The notes: generated by a model from the sequence alone, not told the origin. 64,000 nucleotides of DNA from Acidimicrobiia bacterium (GCA_038202885.1 JBBREP010000005.1:15144-79143), one strand, 5' to 3'; positions 1 to 9,355 are shown, counted from the stretch's first letter. Translations and numbers: made by a program.

Positions 1-625
1 ATGCCGCGGCGACCACGTCGACACGCAGTGTCCGTACGGTGCCCGCTGGGTGGCCGTCAAGCTCCAGTGGCACGTCCCGAGGCCCGGCGACCACGAACGA
101 GCGCACACGCCGCTGCTCGATCCCTGGGTGGGGCAGGTGCGTACCGGTGCGGAGTCGCTGGCGCATGGCGCCACGCTGCCGGCCGCCGAGGCGATAACGC
201 TGGAGTTCGGCGTAGCCATCGCCGGGGTGTCCACGCGGCACGAGGTCGAGCCCGTGATGAAACTGGCCGATGGCAACGACCGCGCTCAGTACCGTGCCGC
301 TGTCGTCGCCGAGATCGATGCTGCGGGTCCGCCAGGTGATGTGCTCGGGCGACGGACCGAATACGGCCATGTTGACCGCAATGCGTCCGTCGTCGAGGCG
401 CAACACGTCCATCGGTACCGCCCAGTGTGGCGCAGGCTCGGTGTGGCCGCTGCCCCCGGCCGCGATGCCCACTGCGAGCGCAAGCTGACTCGTCGCGTCG
501 GCCACGAACCGCACCAACGCTCCGGGGTGCGCGGCGACGGCCGCGGCGAGGGCGTCGTCGCCGCCGGCGACGACCAGATCGGGTGGGCCGACCGACGGCA
601 CGCCCCAGGCTTCACCGGGCTTCAT
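1..625 (-). CDS. Diacylglycerol-kinase-like (YegS/DAGK accessory domain) protein, runs off the left edge; not in the supplied ORF track
   Basis: Manual translation from ATG 625: MKPGEAWGVPSVGPPDLVVAGGDDALAAAV...HPGDGYAELQRY...PLELDGHPAGTVRTLRVDVVAAA. It has a degenerate GGD motif and a C-terminal 'lelDG' motif typical of DAGK accessory domains. The frame is open to base 2. Confidence 0.65.
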   Translation of the reverse strand, partial: MKPGEAWGVPSVGPPDLVVAGGDDALAAAVAAHPGALVRFVADATSQLALAVGIAAGGSGHTEPAPHWAVPMDVLRLDDGRIAVNMAVFGPSPEHITWRTRSIDLGDDSGTVLSAVVAIGQFHHGLDLVPRGHPGDGYAELQRYRLGGRQRGAMRQRLRTGTHLPHPGIEQRRVRSFVVAGPRDVPLELDGHPAGTVRTLRVDVVAAA

Positions 626-662
626 GGCTCATGGATTCATGGCTTCATGGATTCATGGCTTC
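621..662 (-). repeat. Tandem 7-8 bp repeat (ATGAATCC/ATGAAGCC/ATGAGCC) at the helY stop and next start
   Basis: The minus strand reads GAAGCC ATGAATCC ATGAAGCC ATGAATCC ATGAGCC ATGAAGCC, with ATGs at 656, 648, 640, 632 and 625. Confidence 0.95.
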
Positions 663-3307
663 GTGTCGTCGCCGCCCGGGGTCACCAGTTGGCTCGACGC
701 GAGCACGACGCCGCGCACGCACGCGTCGGCCGCGGACCGCGCGGCGTGGCGAGTTGTCGCTTCGGGCGCGGCGAGGCCTACTTGGCGCAGCAGATCGACG
801 ACTTGTTTGACGTTGCGCACGAAGTCGCCGCCCGTCATCTCATCTTCATCGAGGAGGTCGGCGAGTTCACCGCCGTGCACCCAGCCGTGGATCGCGGTGG
901 CAAATCCAGGGTCGGGTTGGCGGGTCTCGGGCAGACGAGCGTCGCGTTCGGCGGCTGCGAGGTCACGCCAGATGCCGTCGACGGCGCGACAGCGCGCCGC
1001 GACGAGCTGGTTGGGCCATTGGCGTGGCGGCGTGGGTCCGTCGGCGTCGCTGCCGCGACGTTCGTAGGCCACGCACGACACGACCGCGGCGAGGGCAGGG
1101 GCGTCGAGATCGTCGAGGAGTCCGCGCCGCATTGCTTCGGTGATGACGAGATCGCCTTCGGTGTACATCCGGGCGAGCATGGCGCCGGCCTCGGTGAGCT
1201 CCCAACCTTCGACATAACGCCAGGCGATCAGCAAATCGAGCACTCGGTCGAACGTGCGCGCCAGGCTGTCGCCGCGCCCGGTGATGCGCCGCACCAGACG
1301 CGTCACCTCGCGTTCGGAACGTTCGATCCCCGCGGCGGCTCGCAGGCGCGCGGCCAGCGCCGGGTCCGAAGCCACCGGGTGCGCGGCGACGAGCTCTTCG
1401 AGCGTGTCGATGCGATCCCCGCTGTCGTCGCCGATGTCGAACGCGTCGGTGTCAATGCCGCGTAGTCGCGTGGCGACCTCGGCAAGGAACTTCGGGTTCT
1501 TGGGCTCGAATGGCCGCGGCAGCTCGACAGTTCCGAGGCGGGTCGGGCCGTCACGAAAGTCTTCTGCGCCGATGCGCACGAGCTTGCGGTGCGACGTCAC
1601 CGCGAGCACTTTGGCAACCGCGGGGCGCCCTCGGTCCTGGCGCAACACGACGACCGGGCCGGCCCACGCCACGCGTATCACGTCACCAGGACGCAGATGT
1701 TCGACGCGTGCGCCGCGAGTCGAGGCCGAAGACCGCCGCTGTGCGTCGAGATCGGCGAGCAGGCCACGGTATTCGGTGATGTCACCGGGTGCCTCGGCCA
1801 CGAACGCTCGTTGACGCTCCAGCTGTTCTTGCGATCGGTCGAGTTGGCGTTCGAGCGACACGACGTCTCGATCGGCGTAGAACTGTGCGAACGACAGATT
1901 GAGCAAATGGCGGGCCGATTCGGGCGTACAGCGCCGCACCAAGTTGACCGCCATGTTGTACGTCGGGCGGAAGCTCGAACGGAGCGCGAACGTGCGTTTC
2001 GACGCCAGGCTCGCCACCTGTTCGAATGGCACGAGCGGGTTCCAGCACACGACCGCGTACCCGATGTCGTCGATGCCGCGCCGCCCGGCGCGCCCTGCGA
2101 GCTGGGTGTACTCCCCCGGCGTGAGCTGCTCGTGGCGTTCGCCGGTGAACTTCGAGAGCTTCTCGATCACGACCGATCGGGCCGGCATGTTGATCCCGAG
2201 GGACAGTGTCTCGGTCGCGAACACCACGCGCACCAGGCCCAGCCCGAACGCCTCTTCGACGGCCTCTTTCATCGGTGGGACGAGCCCGGCGTGATGGGCG
2301 GCGATGCCGGCTTCGAAGCCGGCGAGCCATTCGTCGTAACCCAGCACCTCGAGGTCGTTGTCGGACAGCGCCCGAACGTGATCTTCCGCGATGCGTCGCA
2401 GCTCGCGGCGCGCCGACGAGTCGGTGAGTCGGAGCCCTTCGCGCAAGCACTGGCGCACCGCGTCGTCGCAACCGGCGCGACTGAAGATGAAATAGATCGC
2501 GGGTAACAGGTCATCGTCACCGAGACGCTCTACGAGTTCGGCTCGCCGCGGCGCGTACAACGCCGGGCGGCGCCGGCCCCGAGCCTTGCGCATCATGGGT
2601 TCGCGGCGGTCGAGTCGCGCCGCTTCGGGGTTTGGTCGCGGCACTCCCCCGTCGTCGCCTACGAACGTGGGCAGGAGGTGGAGGTGCTCGGCGCTGCGGT
2701 CACCTACCGCGTAAAGGTGGCGCAACTCCACGGGTCGGCGTTCCTCGATGATTGCGTCGGTAGCGCCGCGCACGGTCCGCAGCCACTCGGCGAACTCCTC
2801 GGCGTTCGACACCGTGGCCGACAGGCAGATCAGATCCACCTCGGGCGCAAGATGGATGATGACCTCTTCCCACACCGCGCCGCGGTACGGGTTCTGGAGA
2901 TAGTGGACCTCGTCGAGCACCACGTAGCGCAGCCCGACGAGAGCGGGACTCGCGGCGTAGATCATGTTGCGCAGCACTTCGGTGGTCATCACCACTACCG
3001 GCGCGTCGGGCCGGATGGCATTGTCACCCGTGAGCAGACCGACACGTGATTCGCCGAGGAGGCGCGCCAGGTCGCGATACTTCTGATTCGACAGTGCTTT
3101 CAGTGGCGTCGTGTAGAACGCCTTCGTTCCTTGTTCGAGCGCCACGGTGATGGCGTATTCGGCCACGAGCGTCTTGCCCGATCCCGTGGGTGCGGCAACG
3201 AGCACGGAGCTGCCGGCGTCGATCGCGTCGAGGGCCTGGCGTTGGAAGTCGTCGAGTTCGAAGTCGAGCGTCGCCGCGAACGCCGCCGGCCTCGCGACCC
3301 CGGTCAT
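653..3307 (-). CDS. helY: Ski2-like DEAD/DEAH RNA helicase HelY
   Basis: Motifs APTGSGKT, PLKALSNQK, DEVH, LSAT, ATETLSLGINMPA and QLAGRAGRRG, plus a DSHCT-like C-terminus (GDFVRNVKQVVDLLRQ). Start set at ATG 3307, which overlaps the upstream stop (ATGA). Confidence 0.92.
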   Translation of the reverse strand: MTGVARPAAFAATLDFELDDFQRQALDAIDAGSSVLVAAPTGSGKTLVAEYAITVALEQGTKAFYTTPLKALSNQKYRDLARLLGESRVGLLTGDNAIRPDAPVVVMTTEVLRNMIYAASPALVGLRYVVLDEVHYLQNPYRGAVWEEVIIHLAPEVDLICLSATVSNAEEFAEWLRTVRGATDAIIEERRPVELRHLYAVGDRSAEHLHLLPTFVGDDGGVPRPNPEAARLDRREPMMRKARGRRRPALYAPRRAELVERLGDDDLLPAIYFIFSRAGCDDAVRQCLREGLRLTDSSARRELRRIAEDHVRALSDNDLEVLGYDEWLAGFEAGIAAHHAGLVPPMKEAVEEAFGLGLVRVVFATETLSLGINMPARSVVIEKLSKFTGERHEQLTPGEYTQLAGRAGRRGIDDIGYAVVCWNPLVPFEQVASLASKRTFALRSSFRPTYNMAVNLVRRCTPESARHLLNLSFAQFYADRDVVSLERQLDRSQEQLERQRAFVAEAPGDITEYRGLLADLDAQRRSSASTRGARVEHLRPGDVIRVAWAGPVVVLRQDRGRPAVAKVLAVTSHRKLVRIGAEDFRDGPTRLGTVELPRPFEPKNPKFLAEVATRLRGIDTDAFDIGDDSGDRIDTLEELVAAHPVASDPALAARLRAAAGIERSEREVTRLVRRITGRGDSLARTFDRVLDLLIAWRYVEGWELTEAGAMLARMYTEGDLVITEAMRRGLLDDLDAPALAAVVSCVAYERRGSDADGPTPPRQWPNQLVAARCRAVDGIWRDLAAAERDARLPETRQPDPGFATAIHGWVHGGELADLLDEDEMTGGDFVRNVKQVVDLLRQVGLAAPEATTRHAARSAADACVRGVVLASSQLVTPGGDDTKP

Positions 3308-3852
3308 CCGCTCGTCGATGTTGTGGCACCCGCGACAGTCGTGGTCGCAGCGCCCGGAACCGTGGTGGTCGCGCCCGGAACCGTGGTGGTCGCGCCCGGG
3401 GGCACTGTGGTGGTGACACCGGGCGTCGTGGTGCTCGTGGCCGCCGGTGCGCTTGTGGTCGTGAGCGGCGGCAGCGTGGGTGGCGGCGTGTAGTCGCGCA
3501 GGAGGCTGCTGTGCCACGTCGCCATCACCACGACGGCGACGACGACCACACCGCCGGCGGAAATTGCCAGCGTCCGCACTGGTTCGCGGACCTTCGCGTC
3601 GGGGCGGAGCACCATCCACACGGCGGTCGCGAGCGCAATCACTGTCGCGGCGAGCCACAGCGTGACGCGCGGCTGACGGTGGATGATCCCGCCCGTGCCG
3701 GGGTTGAAGTTGCCCGGCCGCATCGCCCACACGAGCACGGCGGTGCTGAGCAGAACTCCGGCCACACCACCGATGGCGGTCAGGAGTTCGCGACGCGTGC
3801 GGGTGTTGGGCGCGCTCTGATTCCGGAGTCGGCGGCTACGGGGCGCGCTCAT
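3304..3852 (-). CDS. Membrane protein (about 3 TM helices) with Thr/Pro-rich C-terminal tail and an N-terminal TRRELL motif
   Basis: ATG 3852 overlaps the tatC stop and TGA 3304 overlaps the helY start. There are three hydrophobic stretches and TTTVPGA repeats. Confidence 0.75.
   Translation of the reverse strand: MSAPRSRRLRNQSAPNTRTRRELLTAIGGVAGVLLSTAVLVWAMRPGNFNPGTGGIIHRQPRVTLWLAATVIALATAVWMVLRPDAKVREPVRTLAISAGGVVVVAVVVMATWHSSLLRDYTPPPTLPPLTTTSAPAATSTTTPGVTTTVPPGATTTVPGATTTVPGAATTTVAGATTSTSG
3340..3425 (-). repeat. Coding 21-bp tandem repeat (TTTVPGA-like units)
   Basis: The plus strand shows gtggtcgc(a)gcgcccggaacc / gtggtggtcgcgcccggaacc / gtggtggtcgcgcccgggggc units. Confidence 0.8.
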
Positions 3853-4628
3853 CGTTTGAGAATCCTTCCGATGATGATCGAGGCCTCGAAGAAGACCCAC
3901 ATGGGAACGGCCATTAAGAACAGAGAATACGGGTCCTGGCTGGGAGTGATGACCGCCGCAAAGATCGTGATGCCGACGATCGCATGACGACGGTACTTGC
4001 GCAGCGTCGCGGTGGTGAGCACCTTCACGAGCAGGAGAAATACGAGCAGGACGGGGAACTCGAACGACAGCCCGAACGCCAAGAACATCAGCCCCACGAG
4101 CGTCACGTAGGCATTTGCGGTGGAATGGACGTCGAGGGTCGGTCCGCCGATGTCGATCAAGAAGCCGAGGGCCCTGGGGAGCGTGAACCAGGCGACGAAC
4201 GCGCCCATGACGAACAGCACGATCGAGCTCAGCATGAACGGGAGCGCGTACCTGCGCTCCTTGTCGTTGAGACCGGGCGTCACGAACCGCCACACCTGCC
4301 ACAACACGATCGGCGAACTGGCGAAAATCCCGAAGTACGACGCGAGTTTGAGCCGAACGATGAACGGTTGCAGGTAGTCAGTCGTGATCAGCCGCGAACA
4401 ACTGCCTTTCGGCCCGCCGTTGCACCTCGTGTTCTTGGTCGCTTCGCGCAGTGGCGTGGCGAGGAAATCCATGAGCTGCGGATAGATGATGAAGCCGATG
4501 ATGGCGGCAATTGCGACGGCGACGACCGAAATGACGATGCGATTCCGCAGCTCGGTGAGGTGCTCCATGAGCGTCATGCGCCCGTCCTCGTCGGCGGCGC
4601 GTGCTTCGGACGGATCGCGAATGGTCAT
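3849..4628 (-). CDS. tatC: Twin-arginine translocase subunit TatC
   Basis: Motifs MTLMEHLTELRNRI, WRFVTPGLNDKERRY, FEFPV and ITPSQDPYS; multiple TM helices. Confidence 0.95.
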   Translation of the reverse strand: MTIRDPSEARAADEDGRMTLMEHLTELRNRIVISVVAVAIAAIIGFIIYPQLMDFLATPLREATKNTRCNGGPKGSCSRLITTDYLQPFIVRLKLASYFGIFASSPIVLWQVWRFVTPGLNDKERRYALPFMLSSIVLFVMGAFVAWFTLPRALGFLIDIGGPTLDVHSTANAYVTLVGLMFLAFGLSFEFPVLLVFLLLVKVLTTATLRKYRRHAIVGITIFAAVITPSQDPYSLFLMAVPMWVFFEASIIIGRILKR

Positions 4629-4645
4629 TCGGAAGCGGGTGCTCG

Positions 4646-5002
4646 TCAGCTAAAGCTGCCGGCCGAAGGCGGCTCGGGCTGGCCCGAGGTGGCCGACCCA
4701 TCAGGGTGCGCCTCAAGGGCAAGATTCGGCGACAGATTGGTCGCGCCGCCGTTCCCGCTGTCGTCACTTGCTGGGAGTCCCGGCAGGGGTCCCGACGCGT
4801 CGGACGAATTGTGTGGGGAAGGAGTCGGTGTGGGGTCGTGGTGCAGGACGCCGTCGATCTCGCGCTTGACCGAGTCCTGCATTTTGCGGACTTCGCTCAT
4901 CGCCTTGCCGACCTGGCGGCCGATCTCAGGAAGCCGTTGCGGACCGAACACGATCAGCGCCACCAGCAGGATGACGAGGATTTCCCCTCCACCGAGGCTC
5001 AT
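4646..5002 (-). CDS. tatB: TatA/TatB family subunit (TatB-like)
   Basis: MSLGGGEILVILLVALIVFGPQRLPEIGRQVGKAMSEVRKMQ gives a TM helix, FGP hinge and amphipathic helix, followed by a long low-complexity tail. The start is uncertain. Confidence 0.8.
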   Translation of the reverse strand: MSLGGGEILVILLVALIVFGPQRLPEIGRQVGKAMSEVRKMQDSVKREIDGVLHHDPTPTPSPHNSSDASGPLPGLPASDDSGNGGATNLSPNLALEAHPDGSATSGQPEPPSAGSFS

Positions 5003-5131
5003 CTCCGCCACGTCCTTTCCGACCACATCGCACAGGGCGGCCGGGATCGCCGTCTCGCTCCCGGTGCCGGCCACATGATGACCACCATGGCCGATCCCCG
5101 CGGTATTGGAGGAATCGGCCCGGTCGCGATG

Positions 5132-5338
5132 CTACTGCGGGGGTTGGCGGCGGTCGGGCGCGCGCATCGCCGCGCTGCGACGGGCGTCGTCATGCGCGAG
5201 CACCAGCGCAGGCCGGAGGTCACGGCGCGTCGCGGCGAGCACAAGAATCGCGTCGGCCGCGGCCGTGCGGGCGCGCTGCGCGGCAATCAGCAGCGCTACG
5301 AGGGCGATCGCAACGACGAGGAGCGTGGTCACGAGCAC
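5132..5338 (-). CDS. Small single-TM membrane protein (68 aa)
   Basis: N-terminal hydrophobic helix. The -10-like TAGGAT (5350-5345) lies 6 nt before GTG 5338. Confidence 0.6.
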   Translation of the reverse strand: MLVTTLLVVAIALVALLIAAQRARTAAADAILVLAATRRDLRPALVLAHDDARRSAAMRAPDRRQPPQ

Positions 5339-5383
5339 CGTGTCATCCTAATTGTGCCGTCATCATTGTCGTGTGCTGTTGCG

Positions 5384-5734
5384 TCAGGCTGCGTCGGTGT
5401 TGATCGACCGGCGCACCTGTTCGGCCAACTCGTCGAACCAACCGTCGGATTGCAGGTGCAGGTGGAAGTCGAGCAGATCGTCGGGCTGCAGTGTCGGACC
5501 ACCGTGGGCTTCGTGGATCTCGGCCGGCAAGCGCCAGACCTGCATCCGCACGCCGCTTCCCACGAGGAGATCCACAATGCGCCGGCTCGCTTCCTTGGCG
5601 ACCGGCATGGCGCAGTCAGGACAACGAAAGCAGTAGGAGCCGCTCTCGTCGTCAGAACACACCCGCACGGTCAGATCGGCGGCACGAAGCTGCACATCGC
5701 CACAGCTCGGGCAGTTGGCCCTGATCGTCGTCAC
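5384..5734 (-). CDS. Hypothetical Cys-rich (zinc-ribbon-like) protein
   Basis: CPSC ... C ... CFRCPDC, with a purine-rich GAGG upstream of the GTG. Confidence 0.75.
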   Translation of the reverse strand: MTTIRANCPSCGDVQLRAADLTVRVCSDDESGSYCFRCPDCAMPVAKEASRRIVDLLVGSGVRMQVWRLPAEIHEAHGGPTLQPDDLLDFHLHLQSDGWFDELAEQVRRSINTDAA

Positions 5735-5882
5735 GGTCCTCGCTCCGTCCCTGGTCGGCCCCGCACCGCGTCATGCGGTGATGTCAGTACCTCTCGGCAG
5801 TGCCACAAGGCCGCTTGAGGGATCAAATGGCGGTTGTCGCGCCGGTGTGACCCAATCCCTGTTGTGCTGGGAGTATCTCGGG

Positions 5883-6602
5883 GTGCCTCCGATCACATTC
5901 GCTCACCGGGGGGCCCGGATTGAGCACCCCGAGAACACCATCGCGGCATTTCGCCGCGGTCTGGAGCTGGGCGCCTCAGGCCTCGAATCCGACGCCTGGC
6001 TCAGTGCCGACGGCGAGGTCGTGCTCGTCCACGACGACACCGTGGGCCGAGCGCTGCGCCGCCAGAAGGTGCGCGCCTCGTCGGCCGCCGAACTCGCGGC
6101 CTTCGGGGTACCTCGCCTCGCGGAGCTCTACGACACGCTCGGCGTTACTTACGACCTCTCGATCGACGTCAAGCACCCCGAGGTACTCGAGCCCATGCTC
6201 GAGGTCGCGGCGGCCCATGGTGCTGCCGCACGCTTGTGGGTGTGTTCGCCCGACGCCGAGATGCTGTTCGCATGGCAGGGTCGCACCGATGCGAACCTGG
6301 TGCATTCGCACCGCAAAGACCGACTCGGCCAGCTTGAACGCCACGCGCGAGAACTTCAGGTGCACGGGATCGCCGCCATGAACATGCATCACACCGAATG
6401 GAAGGCCGGCCTGGTCGCGCTGTTCCATCGCTTCGAGGTCCGCGCGTTCGCGTGGGACACCCAAGAACTGCGCCATCTCACTGCGATGCTCGATATCGGC
6501 ATCGACGGGCTCTACTGCGACCGCCCTGAGCGCATGGTCGCGGCGGTCGCCGACAAACGCGAGCGCGAGGCGAGCGGGGGTGGAGACGTCAGAGGAACTT
6601 GA
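5883..6602 (+). CDS. Glycerophosphodiester phosphodiesterase (GDPD family)
   Basis: Motifs FAHRG, PENT, ESD and VLVHD. Start set at GTG 5883. Confidence 0.88.
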   Translation: MPPITFAHRGARIEHPENTIAAFRRGLELGASGLESDAWLSADGEVVLVHDDTVGRALRRQKVRASSAAELAAFGVPRLAELYDTLGVTYDLSIDVKHPEVLEPMLEVAAAHGAAARLWVCSPDAEMLFAWQGRTDANLVHSHRKDRLGQLERHARELQVHGIAAMNMHHTEWKAGLVALFHRFEVRAFAWDTQELRHLTAMLDIGIDGLYCDRPERMVAAVADKREREASGGGDVRGT

Positions 6603-7386
6603 TGCGCGTCAGCGGCCAGATACGCACGAACGCTCGGCCGATGATGGCGCTCTTTTTGATCGGGCCAAAGGCGCGCGAATCTTCGGACGCGCAACGATTG
6701 TCGCCCATCACCCAGTAATACCCGGCCGGGATCACCTTCTTCGTGAGTGAGCGACCGGCCACCGGGCTCTGCGTATCACTCGGACATTCCGCGGTGGTCT
6801 GCACGTACGGCTCGAGGAGTTCGTGGCCCGTCGTCTGACCGGCCTCGGTGATGTACACGTGATTGTTGCGTGCCTCGACGGTCTCGCCCGGCAGGCCGAT
6901 CACGCGCTTGACGAGATCCTTGATGTTCTCGGTGCGTTCGCCGGGCGGCGCGCTGAACACCACGATGTCGCCTCGGTGCACCGCGTGCAGCCGGTACGAC
7001 ATCTTGTTGACAAGGATTCGGTCGTTGACCTTCAACGTGGGGACCATCGACGGCGACGGGATGTAAAACGCCTGGAACAGCGTGCCGCGGATGACGAGGG
7101 CGAGCACGATCGCGCCGATGACGAGGCCGAACCACTCGATGCCCTGGCGGGTCGCGTTGGAGCGGCGCCGGCGCCCCGCAACCGGGGCGGAGGGTAGGAG
7201 TTCACCCGTTCCGCCAGGTGTGCCCGACTCGGGTGGGCCATCTCCTGGCGGGCCGACGACCGCGACCGCTCCGTCGCTGGAGTCGGGCATCGGCGAGGGG
7301 TCGGCGGCGTCCATGATGTCGTCCTTGTCCGAGACCTCGGAGGGCTCCGTCTCGTCGCCCGGCGTCGCGTCTGCGTTCATCGTCAC
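6589..7386 (-). CDS. lepB: Signal peptidase I
   Basis: Catalytic Ser in IPSPSMVPTL, Lys in LVKRVIGLPG, and GDNRxxSxDSR. GTG overlaps the pafC stop. Confidence 0.93.
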   Translation of the reverse strand: MTMNADATPGDETEPSEVSDKDDIMDAADPSPMPDSSDGAVAVVGPPGDGPPESGTPGGTGELLPSAPVAGRRRRSNATRQGIEWFGLVIGAIVLALVIRGTLFQAFYIPSPSMVPTLKVNDRILVNKMSYRLHAVHRGDIVVFSAPPGERTENIKDLVKRVIGLPGETVEARNNHVYITEAGQTTGHELLEPYVQTTAECPSDTQSPVAGRSLTKKVIPAGYYWVMGDNRCASEDSRAFGPIKKSAIIGRAFVRIWPLTRIKFL

Positions 7387-8336
7387 GCAGTCGTTGCACG
7401 GTAGCGGGCGAGCACGCGCTCGGCGGCACGCGCGGCTGAGAAGCCGCTGGGACTGTCGCCCGCGCTGTCGGCGATCACTACCGCATCGGGGCCGAGCCGC
7501 AGGAGGAGGCGTTCGACAAAGGCCGGTTCACTCACCGTGAGTTCGGCGCGCAACCCTGCCTTGCCGAGTTCCTCCACCGACACGCACGGATAACGCTCGG
7601 CCACCCAGCGGGCCCGTTCGCGCAGTTGAAGGGTGATCGTCGCGTCGCCGGGCCGAGGGTGATACACCTGGTCACGAGCTTCCACATCGTCGGTCACTTC
7701 GAAATGCCGCCCAGTCGGGCGCACCGACCGGACCCGATCGATGCGAAACAAACGCAGGTCGCCGGCCCGTAGGCACATGGCGTCCAGATACCACGCCCCG
7801 GCTGCGTAGAACGCCGCGAGCGGCTCGATGTTTCGGGTCGTGAGCGCGTCGCGGCCCGCGCTCCAGTATTCGATTTCGAGCTCTTCGTGGTCGTCGACCG
7901 CTGTGCGCACCTCAGCGAGGAAGTCGGGTGCCGCAATCGTGACCGCGACATCGGGGAGGTCGAGCGCATCGGCCAGTTTTGCCAGCGCGGTCGCGAGCGG
8001 ACCCTTCGCATCGGAACCGGGCACCGCGAGCAATGCCCGTCCGGCCGCGAGGATTGCGAGACCTTCTCGTGGAGCGAGGCGCAACGGACGGCGGAAGGAC
8101 TCGGCCATCCGCAACGTGACACGGTCGTCGTCGTCGACCTCGACATCGATGTAGTCGCCGGGCGAGTACGGCGGCACGCCGACCATGAGCATCAGGTCGA
8201 GGTCGGCCTCGAGCGCGACGGGTTCCACATCGAAGCGTTCGGCGATGTCGCGTTTGGTGGTGCCGGGGTGCGCAACAATCCACGGAACGAGCGCCAGGAT
8301 GCGCTGAATCTCTTGTTCGGCGATCGGGCGCGTCAC
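7383..8336 (-). CDS. pafC: WYL-domain transcriptional regulator PafC
   Basis: RILALVPWI HTH start, GVPPYSPGDYIDV, WYL motif (AWYLDA) and RLFRIDRV; lies directly after pafB. Confidence 0.88.
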   Translation of the reverse strand: MTRPIAEQEIQRILALVPWIVAHPGTTKRDIAERFDVEPVALEADLDLMLMVGVPPYSPGDYIDVEVDDDDRVTLRMAESFRRPLRLAPREGLAILAAGRALLAVPGSDAKGPLATALAKLADALDLPDVAVTIAAPDFLAEVRTAVDDHEELEIEYWSAGRDALTTRNIEPLAAFYAAGAWYLDAMCLRAGDLRLFRIDRVRSVRPTGRHFEVTDDVEARDQVYHPRPGDATITLQLRERARWVAERYPCVSVEELGKAGLRAELTVSEPAFVERLLLRLGPDAVVIADSAGDSPSGFSAARAAERVLARYRATTA

Positions 8337-9355
8337 GTTGGCGCTCCCGTGGTACCGGCGGTTGTGGGCTTCTTCGCGCGCGTTCGCTGGGACGCCGGCG
8401 CGTCGGCGGCGGCCACCGATTCCAGCCAGGCGATGACGTCGGCGCGCAGTTCCGCGGGCGCGAGCACCTCGGCGTGGTCGAGGAAGCCGAGCACGAACGA
8501 TCGCACCGCGTCGCCGCGGACCGCATCGAACGTCACGAGCGTGCGGCCGTCGGCACCGTGGTCGACGACGGCATCATCACCCAAGCGATCGAGTGCACCA
8601 CGATCGTGGGATGGATCGAACGCCACGGTGACGCGCATCACTTCGCCGTCACCCAATTCCCACGGCGCGTCGAGCCGCACGGGCCGGCCCGCCTCCTCGA
8701 TCGGCGGTGTGAAGGATCCCGGCTGGCCCACGATCACGTCGCCGGTGATGCGGTCGGCCCGGAACGTGCGTCGCCCACGCCGCGCGACGTCGTAGCCGAC
8801 GACGTACCACTGTCCGCGCGCGGATTGCACGTTCCACGGTTGCACGGTGCGTTGCTCACCGCGGTATTCGAAGCGCACCTCGGCCCGCCGTCGCACACCG
8901 TCGAAGAGCGGCGCGAGCGCGGGCACCATCGGCAAGGCGGCGATCGGCGGAGGGTTCCCGACGCCTCCGGCGCTGGCGCCGAGCGCTTCGGCGGTCCCCG
9001 TGAGTTTCATCAACGCGCCTTCGCCCGCAGCAGTACCGAGCGCCACCGCGTTGACGGCAACGTGCAGCGCGGCCGTCTCGTCGGCGTCAAGGCCAAGGTC
9101 GGGCAGGTAGTAGTCGCTCGGCTTGACGCGATAGCCAGCCTCCACACCGTCGGCCATCACGCTCACGTCGATCGGCACCCCCATCGTGCGCAGCATCTCC
9201 TTGTCGCGCTCGAACGCGCGCCGCGCCGCGATCTCACTGTCGGGATACCCGATGATCTCCGAGACGATTTCGGAACGAGTCAAGGCTCGATCAGTGTCGA
9301 GCAATAACGCCAAGAGGTTCAACACGCGCTCGACGCGCGTTGCAGTGGCGGACAC
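8333..9355 (-). CDS. pafB: WYL-domain transcriptional regulator PafB
   Basis: RVERVLNLLALLL, RRAFERDKEMLR, WYVVG and RTFRADRI. TAGGAT lies 7 nt before GTG 9355. Confidence 0.88.
   Translation of the reverse strand: MSATATRVERVLNLLALLLDTDRALTRSEIVSEIIGYPDSEIAARRAFERDKEMLRTMGVPIDVSVMADGVEAGYRVKPSDYYLPDLGLDADETAALHVAVNAVALGTAAGEGALMKLTGTAEALGASAGGVGNPPPIAALPMVPALAPLFDGVRRRAEVRFEYRGEQRTVQPWNVQSARGQWYVVGYDVARRGRRTFRADRITGDVIVGQPGSFTPPIEEAGRPVRLDAPWELGDGEVMRVTVAFDPSHDRGALDRLGDDAVVDHGADGRTLVTFDAVRGDAVRSFVLGFLDHAEVLAPAELRADVIAWLESVAAADAPASQRTRAKKPTTAGTTGAPT

Noticed and set aside
286-615. 109-aa minus-strand ORF in the supplied track
   Set aside because: Wrong frame. The motif-bearing frame starts at ATG 625 and runs off the window edge.
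50-1465. Long plus-strand ORF (471 aa), and similar long ORFs at 1589-2506, 22641-24593, 43065-44576, 46406-47710 and 55999-57741
   Set aside because: These are antisense shadow frames of well-supported genes, expected in high-GC DNA. They have no recognisable motifs.
5132-5338. Small TM ORF as tatA
   Set aside because: It lacks the FG hinge and the LP..G amphipathic pattern of TatA.
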